A DNA stretch of 64,000 nt from Balanoglossus misakiensis (taxonomy: Eukaryota; Animalia; Hemichordata): contig CM082583.2 in assembly GCA_040954595.2 (NCBI GenBank), forward strand, positions 10,987,656 through 11,051,655. The letters run 5' to 3'. Shown piece after piece: positions 54,380-64,000 of this stretch. A program made the translations under genes and the position numbers. How positions within the stretch are numbered: the stretch's first letter is position 1; every line of letters begins with the position of its first letter. Below the pieces are notes generated by a model, which ran no database searches, had not been told where the DNA came from, and saw only the letters and a program-made list of their open reading frames with translations.

Positions 54380-55040
54380 AGGGACAAAGTCTCTCTCACT
54401 CTTCTTTTCCCATTTATTATGTTTGATTCACTACACTGTCTATGCTAATGCACATGTGGATATATAGTGAATCAACATTCAACCATCACGTTTGTAGGAT
54501 ATGAGAGTAAAAATCTCGCCAAAATGAATAAATGGTAAACACCGAATATTCATTTTGCTCTCGCGTCTACAAGTGGGATGGAAGGTGTGTGTGGTTGAAC
54601 TATGAGTAAAATTTCTACATAATGTATACCATAGAGATTTTCAAAGTCACTAAATTTGGCGGCCATTTTGAATGCCATAGACTAAGCACAGATATAGGCG
54701 GCCATTTTGAACCTCAAATTTGGCGGCCATTTTGAAAGTCTTAATTTTAAGACAATTTTGAAAAGACCCCCCCCCCCCCCCCCCCCCCGGATTTAATGAG
54801 TAAATGAAAAATTATTTTCGGCACGAAATGAATAATCTAAAGTAGCCAAAAATGAATAATCAATGTTTACCATTTATTCATTTTGGCGAGATTTTTACTC
54901 TCACATCTATATGCAGGATGGAAGTTGTTTGTGGTTGAACGTTGATTCACTATATACATTCACATGTACTTAACATCAATGGTGTCTAGTATCAAACATA
55001 CTTAATGGGAAAAGAGCAGCATGAGAGAGACTTTGTCCTT
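54380..55040. mobile_element. Non-autonomous DNA transposon (MITE/foldback), 661 bp, with TTAA target-site duplication and Kolobok-like termini
   Basis: Left end TTAA|AGGGACAAAGTCTCTCTCA (TSD 54376-54379); right end TGAGAGAGACTTTGTCCTT|TTAA (TSD 55041-55044). Imperfect inverted repeats extend about 180 bp, e.g. gagagtaaaaatctcgccaaaatgaataaatggtaaaca versus tgtttaccatttattcattttggcgagatttttactctc. The core has three GGCGGCCATTTTGAA copies and no ORF. Confidence 0.85.
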
Positions 55041-55439
55041 TTAAGCTTTCAGGAAGATATTTCAATTTTCACAGGACAATTTTCAAGTCAAAATTGATAT
55101 AGAGAAAGGCACTTCACTGAATCAAGGTGTCAAGTGATGCACTGGTATTATGACAAGATTGTCAGTGTACATGTGATAACCATGGTTACCCATATACAAA
55201 TTACAATTGTTCTATTTTTCTATTTTGTTTTGGCCAGGTTTCACTGTATAGATGGTTCAAAAATAAGAGACAGTAGGAGTAAGTTGGTGTGTTAGATCCT
55301 GCATTGATCTTCACCTTCAAAGCAATAGCGCCATCTTCATCCCTGTCACCGTGGAGATAACGTTATAAGAAACGGGGGGGGGGGGGGCATGAGGTGTGAA
55401 TGCGATTGTTTTGGTAATTTACACCACAGACAAAGACAA

Positions 55440-55900
55440 CGGCGTTTCTCTTTGTTTGTGTTAATGCTGTCTGGAATCGAACAATGGCTTTGTAATTGTA
55501 TAAGTGAACAGTGCTACGGCCACTGTCCGGGATGATCGTACGCCAAAACCGATCGAAGGACGGTCGTAAAATACACACGATCGATCCTCGACAGTCGTGT
55601 TGTTTACAAGCGGATCACCGGCCGGCCGGCCGGCGGTGGCCCTGATCGTGCTTAGGAACTGAGATCGGAGCGATTTTGTAATTTTAACCTCCACGATATT
55701 GTACGCAAACAAGCCAATGTCAAATCACAGTGGTATACCAAAATATTATGATACTTCTGTGGTCAAGTGTGACCTTTACTTGAAGGTCGCACTGTCATTG
55801 TATCCTATACCAACGTGATATCAACACTGCGCTGCGGATACTAAAGGTTTTTCGACTGCTGCGTCCACATCCATGTAAGGATCCGCGATACAGGCATGGC
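55440..55900 (-). promoter_or_regulatory. CpG-rich island, probable promoter/first exon of the Kelch-like gene
   Basis: Local CpG/GC enrichment (ccggccggccggccggcgg at about 55617-55635) at the end of a CpG-poor 6-kb stretch upstream of the 49153 acceptor. TTGTTTAC at 55600-55607. The donor site was not pinned down. Confidence 0.4.
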
Positions 55901-56798
55901 GCAAAATTTACCCAGTGTATAAAATAATCAATCCTTTCAACAAAATCGGAAAAAATAGCAGATCATTAATTTTACCATTACCTTCATTCATTACATACTT
56001 CGCTGATGTCTCCATGTTTATGTGTGGCGAAGCGATTGGACCCCCTAGCTGCAACCAAAAACAAAATACCAGCAGAACCGGGCAGGGGTCTAGCAACACA
56101 GAAGGGCATGTATTGGCGTGCCCGTATAATTTTTCGATGTATATGTCGCCATTTCAGCTCATTATAATACGTTTCTGATCGTGTCAATAATCAGAATTTT
56201 CCAGTTATCGTCACGATCATCGTAAAAGATGCACATCATCCCATCCAGAAAAATGTTTTGTCGTTGAGGGCGTACCCAGGTAAAGAAAGACAGATGCACG
56301 TTATCTGTTGCAAGGACTGTTTTTATTCATTTGAACTATAATCTAGTTTTTATCTTTTCCATGTTTTTCACATGTTGAAGTATGAACAGCTTAAATAGAA
56401 GCATATAAAAGAAAGTTGTCTTGGGTACAACATCCAACAAAAGTGGAATATTGCACTTGAAAACACATGCCATCATGTCAGTCACGGTTGTTGAATCCTT
56501 ATCAAAATAAAAGTAATATAATGATAGATGGTAATTGTTGATTGTTCTATACATGATGAAGTCAATTTGATTGGGGATGATTTGATAATTCATAGTTCTT
56601 TCTTTCTTCTCATTCTTGGTTAATGGTAGTGCATATACCGTAAATAAACCGTCACAAACTCCGCTCAGGTGTTGTTCAATTTCCCGTTGGGGGAACCACA
56701 GGGCTCGCTGCATACAACACTCCATACTTAATGGAAAATATCCACACACATTTTGTGACTTGTTGCGACAAGCTCGCCACACAGCTGTTGTAGTGTCT

Positions 56799-57101
56799 TC
56801 AAAACTCAGAGTCGTTGTTTCCTTCTTCGATCATTCGATTGTCATCGTCAGCTTGATCCGGTGGGACACCATTTATTCCAACTTCCGGGAACTGCCCTCC
56901 TTGATTCAGGCGATCCAAAAACGAGCTCAATAATTTCTTGTTCAGGTGGTCGGTTTGTGTTATTTCTCGTTGTGTTGATTCATCGTTCATGGTGACATCA
57001 TCTGACCGAGACTGTTCCTCACAATTTCCCTCGTTTGGCACTGGTAGTGATGTTTGTTCCTTTTCGGAAGAGAGAGCATCGGCTGTGATCTTGTCAGCCA
57101 T
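56799..57101 (-). CDS. Intronless 100-aa acidic uncharacterised protein
   Basis: Strong Kozak context aacATGG. Protein-like composition: acidic disordered flanks around an amphipathic segment TQTDHLNKKLLSSFLDRLN. AATAAA on the minus strand at 56327-56322. The start lies in a CpG-rich region divergent from CCDC124. Confidence 0.7.
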   Translation of the reverse strand: MADKITADALSSEKEQTSLPVPNEGNCEEQSRSDDVTMNDESTQREITQTDHLNKKLLSSFLDRLNQGGQFPEVGINGVPPDQADDDNRMIEEGNNDSEF

Positions 57102-57685
57102 GTTGAAACGGTTAAACCATTTCTCAGTGCAGCGGTCAGGTTCGTATTCGATGTCACGGTATCGGCATTCTAAGCTGTCGGGCAGAAGTTATCATAGCTC
57201 TCAGACCAACCAAATAGTCACTCTGCCTTTTGCGATTGAAAAAAAATCGCATTGTCTATGCCAAACACCGACCTTGTTCGTGAAGATATTAAAACCTGGT
57301 GATCAATCTCCCTCACATGACGACATACCCAATTAAAATAATGGTTTCATCTAAAGTGGAGACAAGAAATACGAACCATTACATTTAACTCTCATGGCTT
57401 CCTGTGATACTGTTGACATCACAACATTGTGCAATATTGCAGTATCTGCTAATATACAGGAGCTGGTAATGAAGTTTTGTACCTCTTGTCTTATCCTAAG
57501 GTTAGTGCTCAACCTTTTCTTCACAACCAATGGTTCAGTTTGTTTCATTAAGCACAGTTCTCATCCGAATTGTAAATAACCAAAATTATGTCAAAAGCTG
57601 AACACAGAACAGACTGTAAATGTAATGTTGACATTGTATATAAACATTTCAACCTGACAGGTGATACAATACCCTGGTCATCTCA

Positions 57686-58836
57686 ATGCCTAAAAAATTC
57701 AAAGGTGAGAATTCCAAGGCTGTGGTTGCGAGGGCTCGCAAGGCGGAAGCCAAGGCAGAAGAAGATGCCAGAAAACAAAAGAAGCTTGAAGATGAGTATT
57801 GGAAGGATGATGATAAGTATGTTGCCAGGAAACAGGAGAGAAAAGTAAGAGTTAATGACAGGTCATTATAAATTTAGCTCAATTTACCATGGAAAAGGGA
57901 GATTCAAAGTGCCATGGGCATACGCAGTAGTTAAAAAAAGTCATCATATCTGTCTTTTCCCATTTTCAACATGATTGCTCACTGTTCCCCAACCACCTCA
58001 AGAACAGAGTTGGCTCTTTTTTGGCAGGCAGACAAGGACAGAAAGAAGCAGGAAGAGTTAGAAAGAAAGGCGGCTGCAAGGAAAGCCTTGGAAGAGGAAG
58101 AAGCAGCCCTGGCAAAAACCGCAGCCAAACCGACGCCCAATAAACTGACCAGAGCTCAAATACAACATCAACTCCAAACTCAAGAGAAAGGTAAGCGCAG
58201 CATAAGAATAAAGGCACTTGGGGTCCAGAAGAAGAATATGGTTGCATATATATCATTCTAAGTAGTTGAAAAAAATGCACAACTAAAGTATGCCTTTTAT
58301 TATCATTTTTCCACATAGCCACTCCAGCGCGTGAATTAAGTCATGATGAGACACCATTGGAAGAAAACCCCAACAAGTTATTGGAAGAAGGTGCTGTGGA
58401 AGCCAGATCAGTGGAAGATGCTATTGCAGTGTTAAGGTAGATATGATGGTCGTCTCAGCTCAAGTTTTCTAAGGCTCAGGGACTAGGAGTTCCTTTTCAG
58501 CTGGGCGTCCCTTAGCACAACTCTAGCACCAGGCTAGCAGTGAGAAGGTAACTTGAAATGAAACTCTTGAGCTGCATATTAGCCAAAGTTCAACTCACAA
58601 ATCCATGTTTTGTATTCCCCCACCACAGTATAAAAGAACTCAAAGTTGACCGTCATCCAGAAAAAAGAGTGAAAGCAGCCTATACAGCGTATGAAGAGGA
58701 GAACCTGCCACGACTGAAAGCAGAAAATCCAAACATGAGGCTGTCACAGATCAAGCAAATGTTGAAAAAGGACTGGATGAAATCTCCTGATAATCCCATG
58801 AATCAAAGATACCGCGAATATAACGAGAAAAGATGA
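57686..58836 (+). CDS. CCDC124: Coiled-coil domain-containing protein 124 (Lso2/Oxs1 homolog), complete, 215 aa; exons 57686..57844, 58028..58190, 58319..58436, 58629..58836
   Basis: N-terminus MPKKFKGENSKAVVARARKAE, then WKDDDK, EARSVEDAIAVL and C-terminal DRHPEKRVKAAYTAYEEENLPRLKAENPNMRLSQIKQMLKKDWMKSPDNPMNQ. The exons total 648 nt in frame. An acceptor at 57660 indicates a non-coding first exon. Confidence 0.97.
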
Positions 58837-59354
58837 GAATGGTGGGGGTGGTGTTATCTGTCTACCAGCCATAGAGGGTGCTCTGTGCCAATTCATTACG
58901 TTGTAAAGGAAGACACTTCTTCAAAGCTGTTTTTTCAAGGGAGTGAAAATAAAATGAGTAGAAGCAGATACTAACAGAGTAGTGATGTGTACATGCACAA
59001 TAAGGCATGTTGTGTCCCACTGACTTCCAAGTCCATGTACATATAGGTAATAAACTTGTGCAAATTGTAATCAGGAATAGGCAGGTATATTTTTTACTTT
59101 ATAGCTGTAAGCATAATTATCTGTTCAGATTGTAGTTGGCTTGTAAACACTTAACCAAATAACACTATTTATTTTATATACCCTGAGAGTATACCAGGAG
59201 TGATTTTTATATTTTGACTGCTTTGTGGTCCATGGCTTCTGTAGAATTCTGAGCATGGCAGGTCGAAGTTATCGTTCTCCTAAGTACTGTACATTGTTAT
59301 CCAGAGCCAAATCTTATGATGTTGATCAAAAGACCATGGTGACAATAACAACAG

Positions 59355-59382
59355 CTCTCTCTCTCTCTCTTTCTCTCTCTCT
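59355..59382. repeat. Interrupted (CT)n microsatellite
   Basis: Directly visible between CCDC124 and VPS33B. Confidence 0.85.
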
Positions 59383-59662
59383 GTCTATCATTGGAATGAA
59401 ACTGAATGTTTTGCACATAATTACTGAAAATAAAACAATACAATTACAGTATGCAGGTTGTCTCTTTGTCATTTTTACATGTGAAAGTGTTTTGAAGTTG
59501 AGAAAATGTTTCAAAATACCACTAAACAAGTTTTGAAGGAACAGTAATTCCACGAGTGCACGTTGAGGCCGCCCTGCTGGTTAGTCTCCTTAAGACCCTT
59601 TAAGTTACTCTTGAATATAAGGAGAGCGTTTTTAGAGGGTAACCTACGAGGTTCTAAACAAG

Positions 59663-62600
59663 ATGGCGATGTCCGGAGGAGGCGCAAACCCGGCGATATT
59701 AAAAATGCCTTCTTTTCCCAATTTGCCGATGATGAGGGACCTTGCGAGGAAGCAGCTGGTGTCATTGCTAGAAAGTGTAAGTTCTATGTGTCACTTTCAT
59801 GTGTACGAACCCTTGCACACGATAGTTCTCTAGTATATCACCGACACCAATACGTGTGGGCGTGTCCCATATGTGGGCGTGTCCCTTTCCCATATGTGGG
59901 AATCTTGGTGTTAATCAACAAACTTTATCATACATGTTATTTACAGTAGATTGTCTTCTTTCTTAGATGTCTGGCAAGAAAGATTTGGTCATAGATCCTG
60001 ATTTGATGAGACCGCTGGACAGAATTGCGGGAGCACTTTTACTCAAGGTACAAGTAGTCTGCTGGTTCTAAAAATCCTAAATGGTTCATCGACGTGATCT
60101 CTGCATGGTTTGTGTCACTATTACGTAGACTGCTATCTGTTCTTTCTTTCAAGTGCTAAATATCCTTTGCACACATGCCAATGATATGTTTTTATACTTC
60201 CTTTTTTTCAGCAACATGGAGTTGACAGAATTTTTAAGTTAGAACCCGGAAGACTTCAAGTTGGTGCTGAGCAGTAAGTCATCATTTCTTTATTTCTATG
60301 ATAAGAGTTTTCTTGACATCTGATTTTTACCGTCATCTCTGCATTGGATGCAATAAACTTTTCACTGTACAATTTGGGTCAAAACCAAATGTTGATGGTT
60401 GAAAGGGTAGACTTCCTGGATGTTGGGTACAGTAGTACTGACAAAGCTGTTTGTCTATTTCTATAGGAGAATATACCTAGTTCGGCCCAAAATGACCAAG
60501 ATGAAGTACATAGCAGGTCAGTGGTAATCAAATTTTCTCATTCCACAATATTCATAAGAATATACAAGGGTGTGTGTGTTATTTTGATGAAATAATCCAA
60601 TTTATTATATTCCATTTATTGTCTGTTAGTAACGTAATATTCCTCTTTTCAGATCACGTCAACTCAGACAAGCTGGAGTCAAGAACAAGAAAATACAAAA
60701 TAATTCTTGTTCCAAGAAAGGTGAGAAACCTCTCATACTGACTGCCAGATATCTTGCATCAGGAAGAAACAACCAAGATCAAGTGCTCAGAAATTTGATA
60801 CAAGATGTGAATTTAAGAAAAATCTAAACAGTGTGGTCTCTTTACTTTTTTTCCAGCTGTATGTTTGTGAAATGATTTTGGAACAAGAAGGTGTTCATGG
60901 TGGTGAGTACAATCCTTTTATTCAAGCAACAGCAGTCTTAGCAGTATGTTACATACGGTAGCATAAATAGTCCTGATAAATGTTGTTAATTTTGTTTTCA
61001 ATGTTTTATTTTCCCAGATGTCACCTTTGAAGAGTTCCATCTAGATCTCATTCCTCTGGATGAAGACATACTCTCATTAGAATTACCAGAATTCTTCCCA
61101 TCATATTTCTTAGTATGTTTCATGTATACTTGCCCAATCAATAGTGGACTGTGGACACCCATCTTGTTTTGTCGTAGTGCCTTTAAATGATGGAAGTCCT
61201 TCTTACATGTTGACTATGCTTTGTTTAACAGGATGGAGATCTAACGTGGGTACACACAATTGCAAAGTCTCTTGTTAATCTTCAGAATCTGTTTGGGACA
61301 ATCCCCAAAGTCTATGGACAGGGAAGGTGTGCAAAGGTATTTAAAAGCCTTCACAATCATGTTGGTGCATTTGCTGAGTGAAATTACTGTACATTGCAAA
61401 ACCTTATTTCATGACCGAAAATTAGTAATTCCAATCAGTAACATGTTTGCTTTTTTGACATCTCTGGTATCTCCAGATGGTTGAAGAACTGATGAAAACA
61501 ATACAGGAACAACAAGGGACACCAACATCAACTGTGAACTGTGAAATAGGTCACCTGGTTTTACTTGACAGAGATGTTGATTTTGTCACGGCATTGTGTT
61601 CACCAGTGACGTATGAAGGTCTGGTAGATGAAATCTTTGGTATCAAGAGTGGTGAGTGCAAATGTGTTCTTGATTTGAGAGAGAAAAGGAGGAGAAAGAT
61701 CAAATGTTAATATTACCATGATCATAATTTAGTGTTACCTCAGGCCAGTTTTGTGGTTAGTCTGAAGATGCCTGCAGTGCCATATGTTTGTACCACACAC
61801 TTGTGGAGATATTGATGTTCGACCAGTTGCTATTTCGTTCATATATCTTCTTTGATTTCTTTTGCAGGGTTCTGTGAATTTGACAAAGAAGTGACTGCCA
61901 CCGACAAGACAACAAGACTGTTGTTGAATTCTGAAGATCATGTAAGCCCTCAGTATTCTTGTCAATGTTCTGTTGACCTCGAGGGTACTGTCTCAGTGGT
62001 TTTTTGTCTGTCTGGCTTTCCGCCCAGGGTAAAGAAAAAATAAGAGTGCCATTAATTTTTAACAGTTCTATATATGCCGATTCTAATTCTCTCTGCAGAT
62101 ATTTCAAGAAATCAGGAACAGACATTTTTCCCATGTGTTTTCATATCTGAGTGGGAAAGCAAGAGAGCTACAAGCTGGCTATGATGTAAGTGTGGTTTTG
62201 ATGTTTTACATGTGATGTTTATCTTGCCATCCAAACATGAACTGAGGGTTGTCAATGTAGCTGTTGAGCTACTGTAGCCTTAACTGACGTACATGCATTC
62301 ATTATTTCAATCCTTGTCTGCATTTCATCTTTCAGAAACGCCATAACTTAGATACAGTTGGTGCAATGAAAAGCTTTGTAGCCAATGACTTGAAGGGGCT
62401 GAAGCAGCAACACAAGTCACTATCAATACGTAAGTTTCTGTCAAGGATAAGCAATCTGAGATCTCTAATATGAAATCATTATATCAACACTATTTTATAT
62501 ACCGGGTAATTTATTTATGTGCAGAGCCAGATCATTTGGACAGTAACATCTCATACTTTTCTCAACAGATATTGGTGCTAGTGAGATGATTATGAAGAAG

Positions 62601-62822
62601 AAAATAGCCATGGATTTTGAAAAGCAGATGAAAACAGAACATAGTATGTAAAGATACATTTCATGTACATTTATCAATTTTACCCAGCATTCCCAAGTAA
62701 TTGTTATTGCAACCATCGCTATACTCTGTACATTCCCCTTACTTTGCGTTCTTGCAGATTTATTGGAAGGAATAGACTTGAAAGATTGCCATAGTTACAT
62801 CGAAGAACTCATTTGTCGACAG
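59663..62822 (+). CDS. VPS33B: Vacuolar protein sorting-associated protein 33B (Sec1/Munc18 family), 3'-partial; exons 59663..59776, 59967..60047, 60212..60273, 60467..60516, 60653..60720, 60857..60902, 61018..61112, 61232..61336, 61477..61651, 61868..61941, 62099..62185, 62336..62429, 62569..62643, 62758..62822; gene continues past the window
   Basis: Fourteen exons splice in frame. Motifs: [126 protein letters not shown]. The exon sizes 81/62/50/68/46/95/105 match human VPS33B as I recall them. Confidence 0.95.
59855..59900 (+). promoter_or_regulatory. Duplicated GT/GC-box (TGTGGGCGTGTCCC x2) in VPS33B intron 1
   Basis: 14-bp direct repeat at 59855-59868 and 59872-59885 containing the Sp/KLF-type GGGCGTG. 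A YY1-type CAAGATGGCG overlaps the ATG. Confidence 0.4.
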
Positions 62823-64000
62823 GTAAGGCCGACACACTACAGTGACCACCATAAATGAAAAAACAAACATCATCAGTAGATTTCCCATGCCATCATATTC
62901 CAGTAATTAACCATGATATTTGTATCAAGAGGTTGAGTGTGAAATGGGCGATAGAAACTTACGTATGTGTTCCTGAACTAACAATGTCTATTTTTACACA
63001 TGTTGTTAAACACACTATGTCATCTTTCTGTCTCGCACATTGCCGGTGGTTTTTTCATTTTACAAAGGCTGGTCTGAATGACGACTGGTATGTATTGTGG
63101 GGTGGTTCTCTTGCATTGAGTCCAATTATCTTTATTAACCTTCACTTAGTGCATTCTGTCAGTTGATTGCATATTTACCGGTGATTAACAGTGACTCTTT
63201 CTCATTAGTCTCAACTGCATCTTCAAGGATTCAATCCTGTAAGTGTTCACATACACTGACCTATGATGTAGATGTGTATAGTCAATATGGCGCATGCATA
63301 CAAACATACAATGCAATAGATAGATTCACAGCTTTTTTCTTCTTTAGCCTGCTTCAATGGTTCACTGCAACCACTGTGTCAGAATGCTTTTCAATATTGG
63401 TGTTGTTTTGTGTTCTCTGTATCTTTATGCATGCTGGCTACGGGTGACTTTTTAAAAAACCTCTCTCTGTCACTGTTCAAATAAAGATTGCAGTGTGCTG
63501 CAGCATTGATATCTGGTCAATGCTATGATAAGTAGCGCCATCTGGAGGACAATGTGCAAACAGTGTTTATTGTCTTCTGGCAAAGACGAAATATTGGTGT
63601 GAAGTTTGTGCAGTGAAGCATTGTATTTGTAAAGTAATCTGTGATTTGTTTTGAAGAAGAAGCATTTTGTTATTTTTGATTCTGATGGCATCTTGATAAA
63701 GCCTTCCACCTCCTTGCCCCTTCTTGGAGAAACTCACTCCTGCCATCCCCTCTTTGTAATCCCCTCCCTCATACTAAATAGGGACAAATAAGTTAAAATT
63801 GACAAGTGAAGAGTTATTAATCCTAGTTGTAAGATAGATTTTTTGGTTTCTGGCAGTACCTACTCAACATACCTTTGAAGCTGCTGTGTTTGTTGTCACT
63901 CACACAAAGTGGTAAGTTGATTTGCAAATCTTTGCTTTCTGGCCAATCAGAAGGGCTGTTACATGAAATGTGCAAGACACAAACATATATAAAAAATAAC

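Noticed and set aside
56336-56782. 148-aa minus-strand ORF downstream of the 100-aa gene
   Set aside because: Non-ATG start and UTR-like composition; it lies between the 100-aa stop and its poly(A) signal.
63348-63709. Candidate next VPS33B exon after the acceptor-like ttctttAG at 63347, and a 79-aa minus-strand ORF
   Set aside because: The translation does not resemble the expected VPS33B continuation (LRL.CL.S....G), and the ORF matches nothing I recognise; treated as intron.

Overview
Eukaryotic (animal) genomic DNA with GT-AG introns, about 40% GC by eye. The near-vertebrate exon structures suggest a marine invertebrate deuterostome such as a hemichordate or echinoderm (inference). Eight protein-coding genes can be assembled by hand from splice sites: 5'-truncated ferroportin SLC40A1 (+), complete sorbitol dehydrogenase SORD (-), two tandem complete 6-exon nicotinic acetylcholine receptor alpha-type subunit genes (+), a KLHL24-like BTB-BACK-Kelch gene (-), an intronless 100-aa acidic ORF (-) head-to-head with CCDC124 (+), and 3'-truncated VPS33B (+). 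An 18-kb CpG-rich non-coding stretch precedes the nAChR pair. A TTAA-flanked foldback MITE and several microsatellites are also present. The most notable points are: (1) both nAChR subunits combine the alpha vicinal-Cys loop C with beta2/beta4-type signatures, in a neighbourhood that echoes human 15q; (2) the ferroportin carries substitutions at three human hepcidin-contact positions; (3) an uncharacterised microprotein shares a promoter region with a ribosome-hibernation factor. There is no evidence of prokaryotic systems, CRISPR arrays, rRNA or tRNA genes.
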